Below are positions 50,989-61,114 of a DNA stretch of 64,000 nt, piece by piece. How positions within the stretch are numbered: the first letter of the stretch is position 1; each line of letters opens with the position of its first letter. The notes under the pieces were generated by a model. It worked only from the letters and a program-made list of their open reading frames with translations, ran no database searches and had not been told where the DNA came from. Both the position numbers and the translations under genes were made by a program. Where the stretch lies: the IMG/VR virus record IMGVR_UViG_3300020198_000012, positions 6,959 through 70,958 of that record; one strand, written 5' to 3'. Source of the DNA: a virus.

Positions 50989-51447
50989 TTATGATTGTGT
51001 TATTGAGACTTGCGCATTAATCTCGACCCTTACGGGAATAGCGTCTATATTTCTTTCTGATAGCAGGCCCTCGCCAGTAATAATTCGACATCGAGCTATT
51101 CTGACAGTGCCACTAATAGTTTTAAGATGGAATTTATCATAAACCTTCTCGGCCACAGCAAGGGCATTTTGTATGCCGGATTTAAAAGTATCTGTGGAAT
51201 TTGAATAATAGAGAAGGTCTATTGCTATGAGAAAATTATTAAAGGTTGTTTTTGAAGTTACTCCTTCATCTGAAGTCATTGAACCAGGAACAATTGTAGC
51301 TTCATATTCTCCTTCAATAAAAGCAGGTTTAGCTCTCCACATATGAACCTTGGATCTAGAACCATCATCTGAAAGTTCTGTGATGGTCTTTGTATCAGTT
51401 TCTATTTGATCGAGAATTGCTGTCCATTTACCAGCTAATCCAGGCAT
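50989..51447 (-). CDS. Tail terminator-like protein
   Basis: Size and position immediately before the tail tube gene. Confidence 0.55.
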   Translation of the reverse strand: MPGLAGKWTAILDQIETDTKTITELSDDGSRSKVHMWRAKPAFIEGEYEATIVPGSMTSDEGVTSKTTFNNFLIAIDLLYYSNSTDTFKSGIQNALAVAEKVYDKFHLKTISGTVRIARCRIITGEGLLSERNIDAIPVRVEINAQVSITQS

Positions 51448-51450
51448 AAA

Positions 51451-51951
51451 TTATAATGGTCCTCTTGGAGGTAGTTTAGTTGTCCAGACATTAGTCCAAT
51501 CAATTAACATTAATTCAACTTTAATACCAAGTTCCTGTTCTACAGCTTTCCTTGTATTACGAAGGATGTTTCTTGCTCTAATACCAGGGTGAAAACCAAA
51601 TGCTGGGTTTTTTGGATTAACTAGTCTTTTGCTTATTTTAGGAACAAATCTACCACGAGAACGCTCAGTTCCTTGATCAAGATAATGGAATACTGGATAT
51701 CTAGATCCTACAGTAATCATAGATCTTAAATCAGTTTTTCCATCTTTAGTTTCTTTTCTAAAGATTTGGATAGAATTTCTAGTTGTCCCTGTTTTAACAG
51801 GAGTATTTAATTGGATAATTTGTTTAGTATATTCAGCTGTGCCATCTATTAATTTTCTAGTAGCAACGCTATAGTATCTCCTTATTTCACCAATTTTATC
51901 TGCAAAATCTTTAGGATTTACTCGTAAATCAAAAATATATGGATCGGCCAT
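51451..51951 (-). CDS. HK97 gp10-like neck protein
   Basis: TPVKTGTTRNSI, YLDQGT, HPGIRAR. Confidence 0.75.
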   Translation of the reverse strand: MADPYIFDLRVNPKDFADKIGEIRRYYSVATRKLIDGTAEYTKQIIQLNTPVKTGTTRNSIQIFRKETKDGKTDLRSMITVGSRYPVFHYLDQGTERSRGRFVPKISKRLVNPKNPAFGFHPGIRARNILRNTRKAVEQELGIKVELMLIDWTNVWTTKLPPRGPL

Positions 51952-52358
51952 TAAGATTCTTGAATATAGCCTTCAGAAGTAGTTAAGGCAGATATATCAG
52001 GAGGCAATCCTATTAAAGTTTGTTCAGAGATATCTTCAACGTTAAGGTCTACAGCTTCACGAGAAATTCGGTTGATAAAGAATTCAGCAACTTTGCGAAA
52101 ATGATCCATCTTCTCTTTAAGTGCAACAGGAATATTTCCAAGGTCTTGAGAAATACCTTCACTATAAGAACCATAGGTTAACCAAACAGCAAAAGCTCTA
52201 GTAGCATCATCTACTTCAGCTGTTACAGCTAGAGGATCTTTAACATTATCTATTACTCTTTTAGCTCTATCTATATTAGCTTGAACAACTGTATCTGTAA
52301 CGTGTTTACTAGGAACAACATCTAATAAATCTCTAACTGATTGTACCGTTACAGTCAT
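51951..52358 (-). CDS. Head-tail adaptor
   Basis: MTVTVQSVRDLL...VQANIDRA; position after the capsid gene. Confidence 0.6.
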   Translation of the reverse strand: MTVTVQSVRDLLDVVPSKHVTDTVVQANIDRAKRVIDNVKDPLAVTAEVDDATRAFAVWLTYGSYSEGISQDLGNIPVALKEKMDHFRKVAEFFINRISREAVDLNVEDISEQTLIGLPPDISALTTSEGYIQES

Positions 52359-52451
52359 AAGAATTACTCCTTAGTTAGTTGAATTTCTGGATCTTGCCCA
52401 AAAGGAGTACAATAATATTCTAGTTTTTTTAACCAGCCGCAGGATTTCTTT

Positions 52452-52673
52452 TTAATCATATTTTTTTCTTTCACCTTTTTCTTTGAAATCTCTTGAGATT
52501 AGCATACCAATTGTGAAACAACTGGAAATTGCAGATATAATAACAGTGTCATAAAGGGTTAATGAATATTCTAAAAGCGAATTAGCAACGTTAGTTGAAG
52601 TTAATGGAGCAAAAAATGATACTCCAAAATTTCCTACATATCGATATATTTGTTTTTTGATAAAAGGAGACAT
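52452..52673 (-). CDS. Small two-TM membrane protein
   Basis: GNFGVSFFAPL and VIISAISSCFTIGML hydrophobic segments; likely ATG at 52673. Confidence 0.55.
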   Translation of the reverse strand: MSPFIKKQIYRYVGNFGVSFFAPLTSTNVANSLLEYSLTLYDTVIISAISSCFTIGMLISRDFKEKGERKKYD

Positions 52674-52731
52674 TTCTTCTGGGATAAAAAAATTTGAAGT
52701 GTAGATATCGTAAAATATCAAGGTATAGCTT

Positions 52732-53730
52732 TTAAGAAGCTACGCCTGTAATTGTAGCGATTCTACGGTTTTGAGTTTCCGTACCATCGAATGGTTGCGG
52801 AATATCGATGTATCTGAACCACTGTCGAATAAAGATGTCTTCACCACGAGGAATCTTCCATTTCTCTTGAGCTGGAATAATTCCACCACCGTTAAAGGTT
52901 GCCAAGAATCCTATTGTAGGATCCTGATATGGAACCACCAATGCTTCTGTGTCAACAGGCCATGAAGTATGATTATAAGGCTGTCTAGTCAATACAATCT
53001 TTACTTTATATTCTGTTTGCAAAAAGTCTTGAATTGGTTGGGTGATGTTCCTAATTAGTTTTAGTTTCGTGACACCTACAAATGCTTGAGCAGGAATAAT
53101 TAAGGCAAATGCTGTTGGCTTGTTCAATTGGGAAGCTGGAATATTGGAATTTTTCACAATATTTGCAATTGCTTTTGCTACATCATCTTCTGGAGTTGCT
53201 GAGGCTGAAGACCAAGTTGCAGTTGCAGCAACATCGTTGTTATCATCTGCTTGATCCACAAGTCCTTCAAGGACATGTTTATCTCTTTCAGCTGCCAGAT
53301 TTTCTGCAGCGCGTCTTGCGCTATCTGCTTCTAACCAGTCTGATGCTCCTCTTAGCTTTGCATCGTTAGAAATAAAGTAACGAGTTTCAGCTAGTTGAAG
53401 ATCAACTTTCTTGATATTGTAAGTAACAGGTTTTGCTCTTTCTACCTGAGCTACATTTTCAGCAGGAACTGGATACTGTGTGTTGACAGCATCGTCGCCT
53501 GGAGCAAAGATTTGTGCTTCAATGGAATCCATTGCGCGAGTGACTATTACATCACCGGTTGCAGCTATTAAAGCCGATTCCTGGTAAATCTTTTCTCTAG
53601 TGATTGTCAATAAGACAATCTCATCAAAAGTAGCTTCTCCAAGTTTTGATATTTGCTCTGGGGAATATGTAGCTAGTTCATCTAGGGTTGCATACGGAAC
53701 GCCTCCGTTAAGGCCATCATAGAATTTCAT
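52732..53730 (-). CDS. Major capsid protein (HK97 fold)
   Basis: 332 aa; spine helix SARRAAENLAAERDKHVL; position after scaffold and decoration genes; T-rich terminator after. Confidence 0.85.
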   Translation of the reverse strand: MKFYDGLNGGVPYATLDELATYSPEQISKLGEATFDEIVLLTITREKIYQESALIAATGDVIVTRAMDSIEAQIFAPGDDAVNTQYPVPAENVAQVERAKPVTYNIKKVDLQLAETRYFISNDAKLRGASDWLEADSARRAAENLAAERDKHVLEGLVDQADDNNDVAATATWSSASATPEDDVAKAIANIVKNSNIPASQLNKPTAFALIIPAQAFVGVTKLKLIRNITQPIQDFLQTEYKVKIVLTRQPYNHTSWPVDTEALVVPYQDPTIGFLATFNGGGIIPAQEKWKIPRGEDIFIRQWFRYIDIPQPFDGTETQNRRIATITGVAS

Positions 53731-53743
53731 GATTATTTTACAC

Positions 53744-54289
53744 CTAAAGGTATTGTACTCTTCCTATCGTCAATCTGGTGAGCACTTTTGTCGCACCAGC
53801 GGCGGAAGTTGTACCTACAGCCACGTCTTCCTCTGCAATTCCTACTATTCTTGCCAGTTCTTTAAATCTAGCTTCTAGTTCGTTACTAGCATCTGTAACT
53901 GTAGTGTTTGGAATTGTAGTTTTAGAGTATTTGTTAACTTTACCACCCGCGGCATCTACATAGAGAGGATCTCCTCTAGTAATTGCACTGTTGTTGACCT
54001 TGACTAATAGTCTAGCCCAACCATCTGCAAACACAGGGATTCCTTTAGTACCTATTTGGGTACCTGTAAGATCCGTAGTTGATGGGAAATTCAAATCGTG
54101 AGGATCACGAGTTGATCTATAGTTAACACACTTTGGTAGATCGGTTGATCCGCATTTATCAACTTTGACAACTGAAGATTCTGATACGTAAGTTAGCACA
54201 TAACCACCATCGTCAAGGGAAGTTGCATTTTTAAGTCGCATATTCCACATTTCGCCTGGTTCACGTGCTCTACCTCCGCCGTCAGTCAT
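53744..54289 (-). CDS. Capsid decoration/cement protein
   Basis: AITRGDPLYV...GIAEED pattern; between scaffold and capsid genes. Confidence 0.65.
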   Translation of the reverse strand: MTDGGGRAREPGEMWNMRLKNATSLDDGGYVLTYVSESSVVKVDKCGSTDLPKCVNYRSTRDPHDLNFPSTTDLTGTQIGTKGIPVFADGWARLLVKVNNSAITRGDPLYVDAAGGKVNKYSKTTIPNTTVTDASNELEARFKELARIVGIAEEDVAVGTTSAAGATKVLTRLTIGRVQYL

Positions 54290-54291
54290 AT

Positions 54292-54951
54292 TTAGTTACC
54301 ACTTGTTATAGTTGCAGGAAGTTTTAAATCTGATAACTCACTGTGTTTTGAAATAGCGTCAAGGATTTTATCCTTTCCAGTCTTACCAGTCTCTTTAGGA
54401 GCTGGAGCATATTTCTTTGCGTCTTCAAGACCTTTTGTTGCATTATCAAGTTCTTCTCTAAGTTTAGAGATAGATTTTTGAGTTTTAGTAGCAACATCTA
54501 CCATTGCATTCATTACTTGAACCTTTTTATCCCAAGGGATATCTAGGGTCTTTATTGAGTCAATTGGAAAGTCTTTGTCGATGCTTGTAACGTTTTTCAC
54601 TTGATCACCAAATTTGGCTTCTGCTTGTCTTTCAAGCTTTTCATCAATTGTTTTAGTATATTCAGCGAATTTAGCATCTACAGGATCGATTTTAGTCTCA
54701 TCTGTTTTGATACCATTTTCCTCTAATACTTTTCTGGAAAAAGCATACATGTCTTTGAATTTACTAATAGATGATTCATCCAATTTTTTTGATGTTTCAG
54801 TTGTAGTTTCAGTCTTTACGCCTAGTTCTTTTGCTAGGTCTATTCCTGATTTTTCTGCGGCTTCACGAAACAAAGTAAACTTCTCTTTTAATTCGTCAGG
54901 TTTGAGACCATCAAAGTTCTCTTTCTGATCGGGAGTTGTTTGTTTTGTCAT
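54292..54951 (-). CDS. Scaffolding protein
   Basis: Charged coiled coil; ATGA coupling puts the start at 54951. Confidence 0.7.
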   Translation of the reverse strand: MTKQTTPDQKENFDGLKPDELKEKFTLFREAAEKSGIDLAKELGVKTETTTETSKKLDESSISKFKDMYAFSRKVLEENGIKTDETKIDPVDAKFAEYTKTIDEKLERQAEAKFGDQVKNVTSIDKDFPIDSIKTLDIPWDKKVQVMNAMVDVATKTQKSISKLREELDNATKGLEDAKKYAPAPKETGKTGKDKILDAISKHSELSDLKLPATITSGN

Positions 54952-55976
54952 TGTTTTAATTTGTTTATCCAACAAATTTTACATGCAGGACGTCTTACGA
55001 CGGATAATTTGCTAATTTTAGCATTAAATGGTACCCATGCCTGGAATTCTTTTGACCAAACTGATCGTAGTTTGACTTCATAAGATAATCCAATCTCACC
55101 CTCTGAGAGAGTGATAGGGCCATTATATATACCATTTACATAAAGATGTTTTATTGGCTCGTGGCGCAGAGTGACACCAGTGACCTTTCCATCAATTGTT
55201 GCACCGAAGAGATCATGTTCTGTGTTTAAAAGAGTTTCATCTCCTGATTCCAGGAGAGATTTTTGTTCATTGTAAAGATGGGTTATAAACTCTGGAGTAT
55301 AGACATATTTGGTACCATACATATCAATAACAGTGCCTACTGCAGCAGCAGTACCTTCAAAAGTCTGGCTTGTTTCATCTATAATAGCTTCTCCGTTGAA
55401 AGAGGAAGTTAATTCTGTTCCTTCTTGGGTAGATAATTCAGCAAAACTGGATGATAGATCTGTAACAGCACATGCACATTTAATATTATTATAAGGGACA
55501 GTTCCATCCAAGCAACTATTAAAAGATTTTTGTCTAGAAGGTTTCCATAGTAAGGTTATTTCTTTGCTTTCTCCTAGATAAGAGTTATCGAATATATTAG
55601 GTAATCTTCTTAATATCCAACGGTCATGTAGGAGATTACCATTAAAGAATAATTCACTAAACTTGCTGGTTTGTTGACCTACTATTAATTTTCCTTGGTC
55701 AATTATTTCATATTTTTCATCGTTTTTAGTATCTCCTTCAAAGGAAAACCATTTAAGATCTCTAGTGTCTTCGGATTTGAGACCAAATAACCTAGTTACG
55801 GTAGGAGCATCTAATATTTCTATTTGTGAAGAATTTTCTGGTATTTTAAACTCCCAAAACTCTGCTTCATCATCACTGGAGAGAATTGATAGTTGATAAT
55901 AACTAGTAGATTCTTTATCTGTGAATTTATGGATTATATAAGGTAATTCTTTTTTAGTTTGGTCTTTAATTATCAT
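54948..55976 (-). CDS. Prohead protease fused to an N-terminal LigD-phosphoesterase-like domain
   Basis: C-terminal FEG.A...NTEHD...GLSYE...LSVVRRPAC protease motifs; N-terminal PE-like motifs. Confidence 0.7.
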   Translation of the reverse strand: MIIKDQTKKELPYIIHKFTDKESTSYYQLSILSSDDEAEFWEFKIPENSSQIEILDAPTVTRLFGLKSEDTRDLKWFSFEGDTKNDEKYEIIDQGKLIVGQQTSKFSELFFNGNLLHDRWILRRLPNIFDNSYLGESKEITLLWKPSRQKSFNSCLDGTVPYNNIKCACAVTDLSSSFAELSTQEGTELTSSFNGEAIIDETSQTFEGTAAAVGTVIDMYGTKYVYTPEFITHLYNEQKSLLESGDETLLNTEHDLFGATIDGKVTGVTLRHEPIKHLYVNGIYNGPITLSEGEIGLSYEVKLRSVWSKEFQAWVPFNAKISKLSVVRRPACKICWINKLKQ

Positions 55977-56496
55977 TGGTTTCTTCCTCGTCTTCTACAT
56001 CTTTACCATTAAGGGACATTTTGATATCTTCTGGAAGCGAATCATCCATTTCTATAGGAGAAGTGATAAATCCTGAAAGCTCATAAGAAGAACGCCAAAA
56101 ACGACAGTGTCCTTCTGGAAGTATTCTTTGAGGATTAGCCTCAACTATTTGACAAGTGTTATCTGAAAAGTTATCACCTTGAATGTAGTGCATACAATTA
56201 CCACAATTCCTTTCGAAAGGTGATATGGATGTATAACTGCAATATTGTTGATCGAATAATCTTTGCTGTGGAGTAGGACGATAGTTTCCTGCAATAATCA
56301 TTGGGATTCCTATTAAAGAGTTCTTTGACATTTTTGATTTACATTCATTAATAGCAATTGCTATAGCTTGCTTGTCAATTTTATGACCTTTCTTTCTTTT
56401 TTCATGTAACACTTTTCTAACACAGTCTTGGTCAACATCTGCTTGTAATGATAAAGCTACTTCTATTTCATGTGAAAATTTTAATTCTTCTTCCAT
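55966..56496 (-). CDS. Head-associated protein with QAIAIA motif and HiPIP-like Cys cluster
   Basis: KQAIAIAINEC; CGNCMHY...CQIV...GHCRFW. Confidence 0.6.
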   Translation of the reverse strand: MEEELKFSHEIEVALSLQADVDQDCVRKVLHEKRKKGHKIDKQAIAIAINECKSKMSKNSLIGIPMIIAGNYRPTPQQRLFDQQYCSYTSISPFERNCGNCMHYIQGDNFSDNTCQIVEANPQRILPEGHCRFWRSSYELSGFITSPIEMDDSLPEDIKMSLNGKDVEDEEETNDN

Positions 56497-58073
56497 TATA
56501 ATAGTTGTCCTTTTATTCTATCTCCTCTAGAATTTATCTCCCTTTCTCTTTTACCTTGAGTTTGCATTCCTCCAGTAGGACTAGCTTGGTCCCTTCCTAA
56601 GAGATCATCAGATACAGATCGTGGAGAATTTCCAAATCCTTTGGATTGTGTGTTATCTAACCAATCAATTAATTCTTCAAATTGGTGTTCAGTTAAAGGA
56701 TCTAATCCCCAAATAGCTCTGATTTCTGAAGGAGTAAACACCTTAGCTCCTACAAGGACTGATATTATTTTTGCTAATTCTGTTCTATCTCTATCAAGGA
56801 TTAATCTGTTTTTAATAAATAATCTATTTACAACGGCATCATCTATTCCTGGACGAACTATTCTAATATGCCTTTTCATTAATTCTTCTAATTTCTTTTG
56901 AATAACAGAGGCATATATTTCAGCTCTTAAGGCTAGGAAACTAGAAGCATGTACTAGGGAAGTAAATCCTTTAGATTCTCCACCCATTAATGCTGAAGGA
57001 GTTCCTGATGGACCACCTAAAAGGCTATTAATTTGGTCGATTATTGGAAGAGGATCTGCATAAGTAGATGTTTTTGGTTCTATCCAAGTGATTTCAACAT
57101 TACTACCAGTAGTGAAACCTTGATCGGCTTCTCTCTTAGCATTTGTTTCATTATAATCTTCAATTGCTTGTTTAGCATCAGCCTTTGCAGCTGTTAATTT
57201 TTCTGAATAAGTTCCTTTGTATCTAGAAGGATCAAACATGTTTAAGTTTAATTTATGCCATTCTCTTGGTAAAGCTCTATTTCTCCATAGCATATCATTT
57301 CTAATTAAATGTTGTTTCCATGCAATAATACCAAAAAGACTATTGATTGGGGCCATAGACCAAGTGTTTAAAGTCCATCTTTTTAGATTATCCCTAATCA
57401 TTGAACGACGATTATGGAAACTAATATGTAAAATTCTATCTTTTCTTATAACTCTAGTTGCTAAATCATTAATAGAGTAATTTTCATCTATTACATAGAA
57501 TTGAGGTTTTGAAATTAATTGAGCTCTGTCTTTAAAAGATATTGAAGGAGAACTACCTATTTGGTCTCTGGTTTCAACTGCAGTTATAGAATGCATTGGT
57601 AGAGGTTCTAAACCTGTAATTCCTTGTGAACCATTAAATTTGATAACATCTACAGCATCACCATATTTCCAAAGATCTACAGTATAATCGTGATATAATG
57701 CTGGAATATCCATAGCTTTATACCAATTTGTTGCTTCTTCTACGGCATTTTCTTCTTCATTTGTTAAAGTTTTATCTTGGTTTTGAATACTAGGATCTCC
57801 AACTGATTTTTGTACCATTAAAGCAATTAAGGAGACGGCTGAGAAGAGTCTTTCATCATCCCAATAAAGTCTATCTGCTAAGAGGTAACGATTTTCATTA
57901 ACCCTTAAATTAGCAATTTCTTGTAAGGTTCCACCAATTATAGAAGCAGGTGCTATTACTAAAGGATCTACTATAGCTTCTCTTAAATCATAACGTTCAG
58001 TACCAGTTGTAGAAGAAGCTTGGCTACTAGCACTCTCTAGTTGTTTTCTTTTAAATAAATCTAAAAAACCCAT
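56496..58073 (-). CDS. Portal protein
   Basis: 525 aa after the terminase; KYGDA, ILHI, FTPSEIRAIWGLDPL. Confidence 0.88.
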   Translation of the reverse strand: MGFLDLFKRKQLESASSQASSTTGTERYDLREAIVDPLVIAPASIIGGTLQEIANLRVNENRYLLADRLYWDDERLFSAVSLIALMVQKSVGDPSIQNQDKTLTNEEENAVEEATNWYKAMDIPALYHDYTVDLWKYGDAVDVIKFNGSQGITGLEPLPMHSITAVETRDQIGSSPSISFKDRAQLISKPQFYVIDENYSINDLATRVIRKDRILHISFHNRRSMIRDNLKRWTLNTWSMAPINSLFGIIAWKQHLIRNDMLWRNRALPREWHKLNLNMFDPSRYKGTYSEKLTAAKADAKQAIEDYNETNAKREADQGFTTGSNVEITWIEPKTSTYADPLPIIDQINSLLGGPSGTPSALMGGESKGFTSLVHASSFLALRAEIYASVIQKKLEELMKRHIRIVRPGIDDAVVNRLFIKNRLILDRDRTELAKIISVLVGAKVFTPSEIRAIWGLDPLTEHQFEELIDWLDNTQSKGFGNSPRSVSDDLLGRDQASPTGGMQTQGKREREINSRGDRIKGQLL

Positions 58074-58078
58074 TTAAA

Positions 58079-59650
58079 TTACCTCCAAGATGCTAAGTGA
58101 TGAATAGGAACATTTGAAGGCGATTTCCTTAGTTCTTCGTTTTCTCTTCGAATAAATGATACCATTTGTGCAACCGAGTCAGCTTGGTCTTTTGAACCTG
58201 TAGAAGGATGATCTACTTTCTGACCTCTAATTAATAAGAGTTCTTCCAGTTCTTTAAATAAGAGGTCCCCATAAGGAATCTCTGTGGTTCCTTGAGTAAA
58301 GTCGTTCCTTAGTAGAATCCAATCGTTGAGGTTTAAAGTGTGTTGAATTGTTTCTATGTTGTTTTCTCTCATTAAATTGTTAATTTCATTATGCATATAA
58401 GCATCAAAAATGTGAGCCCTGACAGGAAGAGCCTCAATTAAAGGTTTTACTATATCAATAACCTCTCGGAGATTAATTTCCTCGTCTTTTGGAGCTACAA
58501 ACACAGTAGAACCAATTATCCTAATATCATCATTAGTTGATTTGTAACCAACTGATAATCCATAAGCATCGTTTTTAATGGAAGGATCGGTTGTTATATA
58601 GAATTCTATTGCATCTGGATAGAGTCTTAGATCTATACGACTTTTATCTATAGAAGGAGTAAATCCTAACTTTCTATCAGCTTTGTTGGTTGGAGGTTCT
58701 CCAATAAAACAATTTATAACTTTTATTGATCTTTTCTTTAAATCATCTAGTTTGATTTCATTGAAAAAGGTTTTTGTGTCAACTCCTTCTTCAGCTCCAT
58801 AATCTCTATCAAAAATTTCAGGGTGTCTTTTTCTCTCTTCTTCTAAAACCTCTAAAGGAAGATCAGGATTTAATTCCCAAGTTTTCTTCCATACTGGTAA
58901 AGCCCAGTGCCAGTTTTCTGTTACAGCTTGTTTATAAAGAGAAGAGATAAAATCTCCTGCACTAGCTATTGAGGAAATAGCTACTCGAATATCTTCATTC
59001 CATCCTTTAAAGTTTGCTGTGGAATTTGCTAATTTAAAGTAGATTTCTTCAGGAGAATGCTTTTCACTGTCTTTAAAAGAGGATACCTCATCTGCTACAA
59101 AGACCTTTACTGTTCTACCTACGCCAGAAGCAACTGAGGAACCTAAGGCTTTAAAGGTGATATTTTTAGGGAATTTGACAGTGTTATATGTTACACCAGG
59201 GTTTTGTGAACAGAAAAATGGAGAATTTGTTAAAAGTTCTTTAGCCCTTTTAAAAACAGTATCTAGTGCTTGATCTTCACTAGGTGCTACATTGATACAG
59301 AAAATCTCTGCATTAGGCGATAGATGATAGAATTTTTGAGGATCTTTTAACATTAATAACTTTGCAGCTTCATAAAGACCTATCAAGGCTGCAATTGTAG
59401 TTTTTCCTCCTCGCCTACCAGAAACAAAGATTAATTCACTTTTTAATCGTTTATTAGTTTTAGAATCTATTTGATAGAACTCTTTTAGGATATCCTTTTG
59501 TGATTCCCAGAGTTTAAGATTTCCTAATAAAGGATGTTCCCAAAAGAACACAGGATCTATTGAAGCTTTTAATTGTAATGTTAATTTTTCTCCTAGCGAT
59601 AAATCTTCCCAATCTTTGGGATTACAACTAGGAACTAGGCGTGTTATCAT
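58079..59650 (-). CDS. terL: Terminase large subunit
   Basis: SGRRGGKT, VAPSEDQA, FVADE, TWELNP, DPSIKND, VDHP.TGSKDQAD. Confidence 0.95.
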   Translation of the reverse strand: MITRLVPSCNPKDWEDLSLGEKLTLQLKASIDPVFFWEHPLLGNLKLWESQKDILKEFYQIDSKTNKRLKSELIFVSGRRGGKTTIAALIGLYEAAKLLMLKDPQKFYHLSPNAEIFCINVAPSEDQALDTVFKRAKELLTNSPFFCSQNPGVTYNTVKFPKNITFKALGSSVASGVGRTVKVFVADEVSSFKDSEKHSPEEIYFKLANSTANFKGWNEDIRVAISSIASAGDFISSLYKQAVTENWHWALPVWKKTWELNPDLPLEVLEEERKRHPEIFDRDYGAEEGVDTKTFFNEIKLDDLKKRSIKVINCFIGEPPTNKADRKLGFTPSIDKSRIDLRLYPDAIEFYITTDPSIKNDAYGLSVGYKSTNDDIRIIGSTVFVAPKDEEINLREVIDIVKPLIEALPVRAHIFDAYMHNEINNLMRENNIETIQHTLNLNDWILLRNDFTQGTTEIPYGDLLFKELEELLLIRGQKVDHPSTGSKDQADSVAQMVSFIRRENEELRKSPSNVPIHHLASWR

Positions 59651-60212
59651 TAATTGGAGTAATGTTTTTTATTACTTTTTGAGATAGTTTATCAGCAAAT
59701 TTTAATTTACAAGCGGGACAAGCTTCTTGAATTACTGTATCCACTACATTGTTATATTCAACATGGATGTTATCTACCTGGATTTTAGCAATGTTTTTAA
59801 ATTCACCTTGTAGTTTTGCTAAGACTTCTAACCAATGGCGAGATTCTGCTAGTAACCCTGTCCAAGCTTTAATTATGCTAGGATCCTTGGTAGCTAGTTC
59901 AGGTTTTAGACTATCAATTTCAGATTGAATAGTTTCAATGGCTGTTATACATTCTTCAGTTTTGTCAATAAATTCATTTGCTAATACAGCTCCATTTTGA
60001 GCTATAATTGCATGATATTCTGGTTTTACATGATATCTTAAATGGTTATACCAATTAGTACTATAAACTTTGTATCCATGAGACTGTAATTGAGAAATTA
60101 CTTCCTTCAATCCCATTTCTCTTTTAAAGTATTTTAACTCATAATCTTCAATACCGTCAATGGAACATAATTCGCAAGAGATAATTGCGTGTTTAGTTTT
60201 CCGTTGTTGCAT
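59628..60212 (-). CDS. Probable terminase small subunit
   Basis: Directly upstream of terL; CxxC...H..H N-domain and helical oligomerisation region. Confidence 0.65.
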   Translation of the reverse strand: MQQRKTKHAIISCELCSIDGIEDYELKYFKREMGLKEVISQLQSHGYKVYSTNWYNHLRYHVKPEYHAIIAQNGAVLANEFIDKTEECITAIETIQSEIDSLKPELATKDPSIIKAWTGLLAESRHWLEVLAKLQGEFKNIAKIQVDNIHVEYNNVVDTVIQEACPACKLKFADKLSQKVIKNITPINDNTPSS

Positions 60213-60499
60213 TAGTTAAAACTCCTTTTTCTGCTTTTGTCCATTTGTCGTTGATAAACTTTTCAGATTTTTGGCAATCAGGTTTAGAGCATTGTCGATA
60301 AAGTTCGTCGTTCCAATGAAACTCTAACCATGTATGTACCTCTCTCAGGCACTGTACATTCATAATTATTAAAGGTTAACATTGCCTATAAAGCCACTGG
60401 GAACGGGATATTAAAGAATAGGTATATAGTGGGAAAAACAGGGCAAATATTATAAAAATTATAGAATTAGTAGGGATTTATGGGAAAAATTGAGGAAAA

Positions 60500-61114
60500 C
60501 TAAATGATTTCGGTTTTATTGATTAGATCAGTAATGTCTATACCAACTAATTCAACAGGCCCTATATTTTTTCCTTGGTATTTAAAGTTTTTTCGATAAA
60601 ATCTTTTTCTAGGTCTAATACCATTGGAATCTTCATAATCTCGATCATGTACTATTACAGTTTCAGTGTTTCCAGAAGTTCCAGGTCTCATTAGTTTATC
60701 TTGATAGTTTCTAACCCATCTAGGGGGAAGGACTTTGATATCAACTAAGATAGATACTATCATATGGCAAAGTTCGTGAGATATTGCATCAAAAGATTGT
60801 CTTAAAGCAATTATTCCACCAACATTTGGGATAAAGACATCTACTTGTTTAATATTTTTTCTTGTTATTCCATGAGGAATTCCAGTATTGAGAGTTCCTG
60901 AAGTTAATGCAATAAATTCTGAAGAGTTGCTTTCTGAAGAGTCCCATATTTTAATAGTCCAATCATTTAATCTCTTAGCAATTTCCCATTCTGGAGGAGT
61001 GTTTAGATCTGAAAATCCCCAGAAAATTATTCCTGTTTCAATAATAGCTTTATCAACAGGTTTTAAATTTGTTAGTTTAGGAGAGAACCAAATAGAAATT
61101 GCTTTGCTAGTCAT
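60500..61114 (-). CDS. HEXXH zincin-like protein
   Basis: ISHELCH; paralog of 18828..19370. Confidence 0.65.
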   Translation of the reverse strand: MTSKAISIWFSPKLTNLKPVDKAIIETGIIFWGFSDLNTPPEWEIAKRLNDWTIKIWDSSESNSSEFIALTSGTLNTGIPHGITRKNIKQVDVFIPNVGGIIALRQSFDAISHELCHMIVSILVDIKVLPPRWVRNYQDKLMRPGTSGNTETVIVHDRDYEDSNGIRPRKRFYRKNFKYQGKNIGPVELVGIDITDLINKTEII

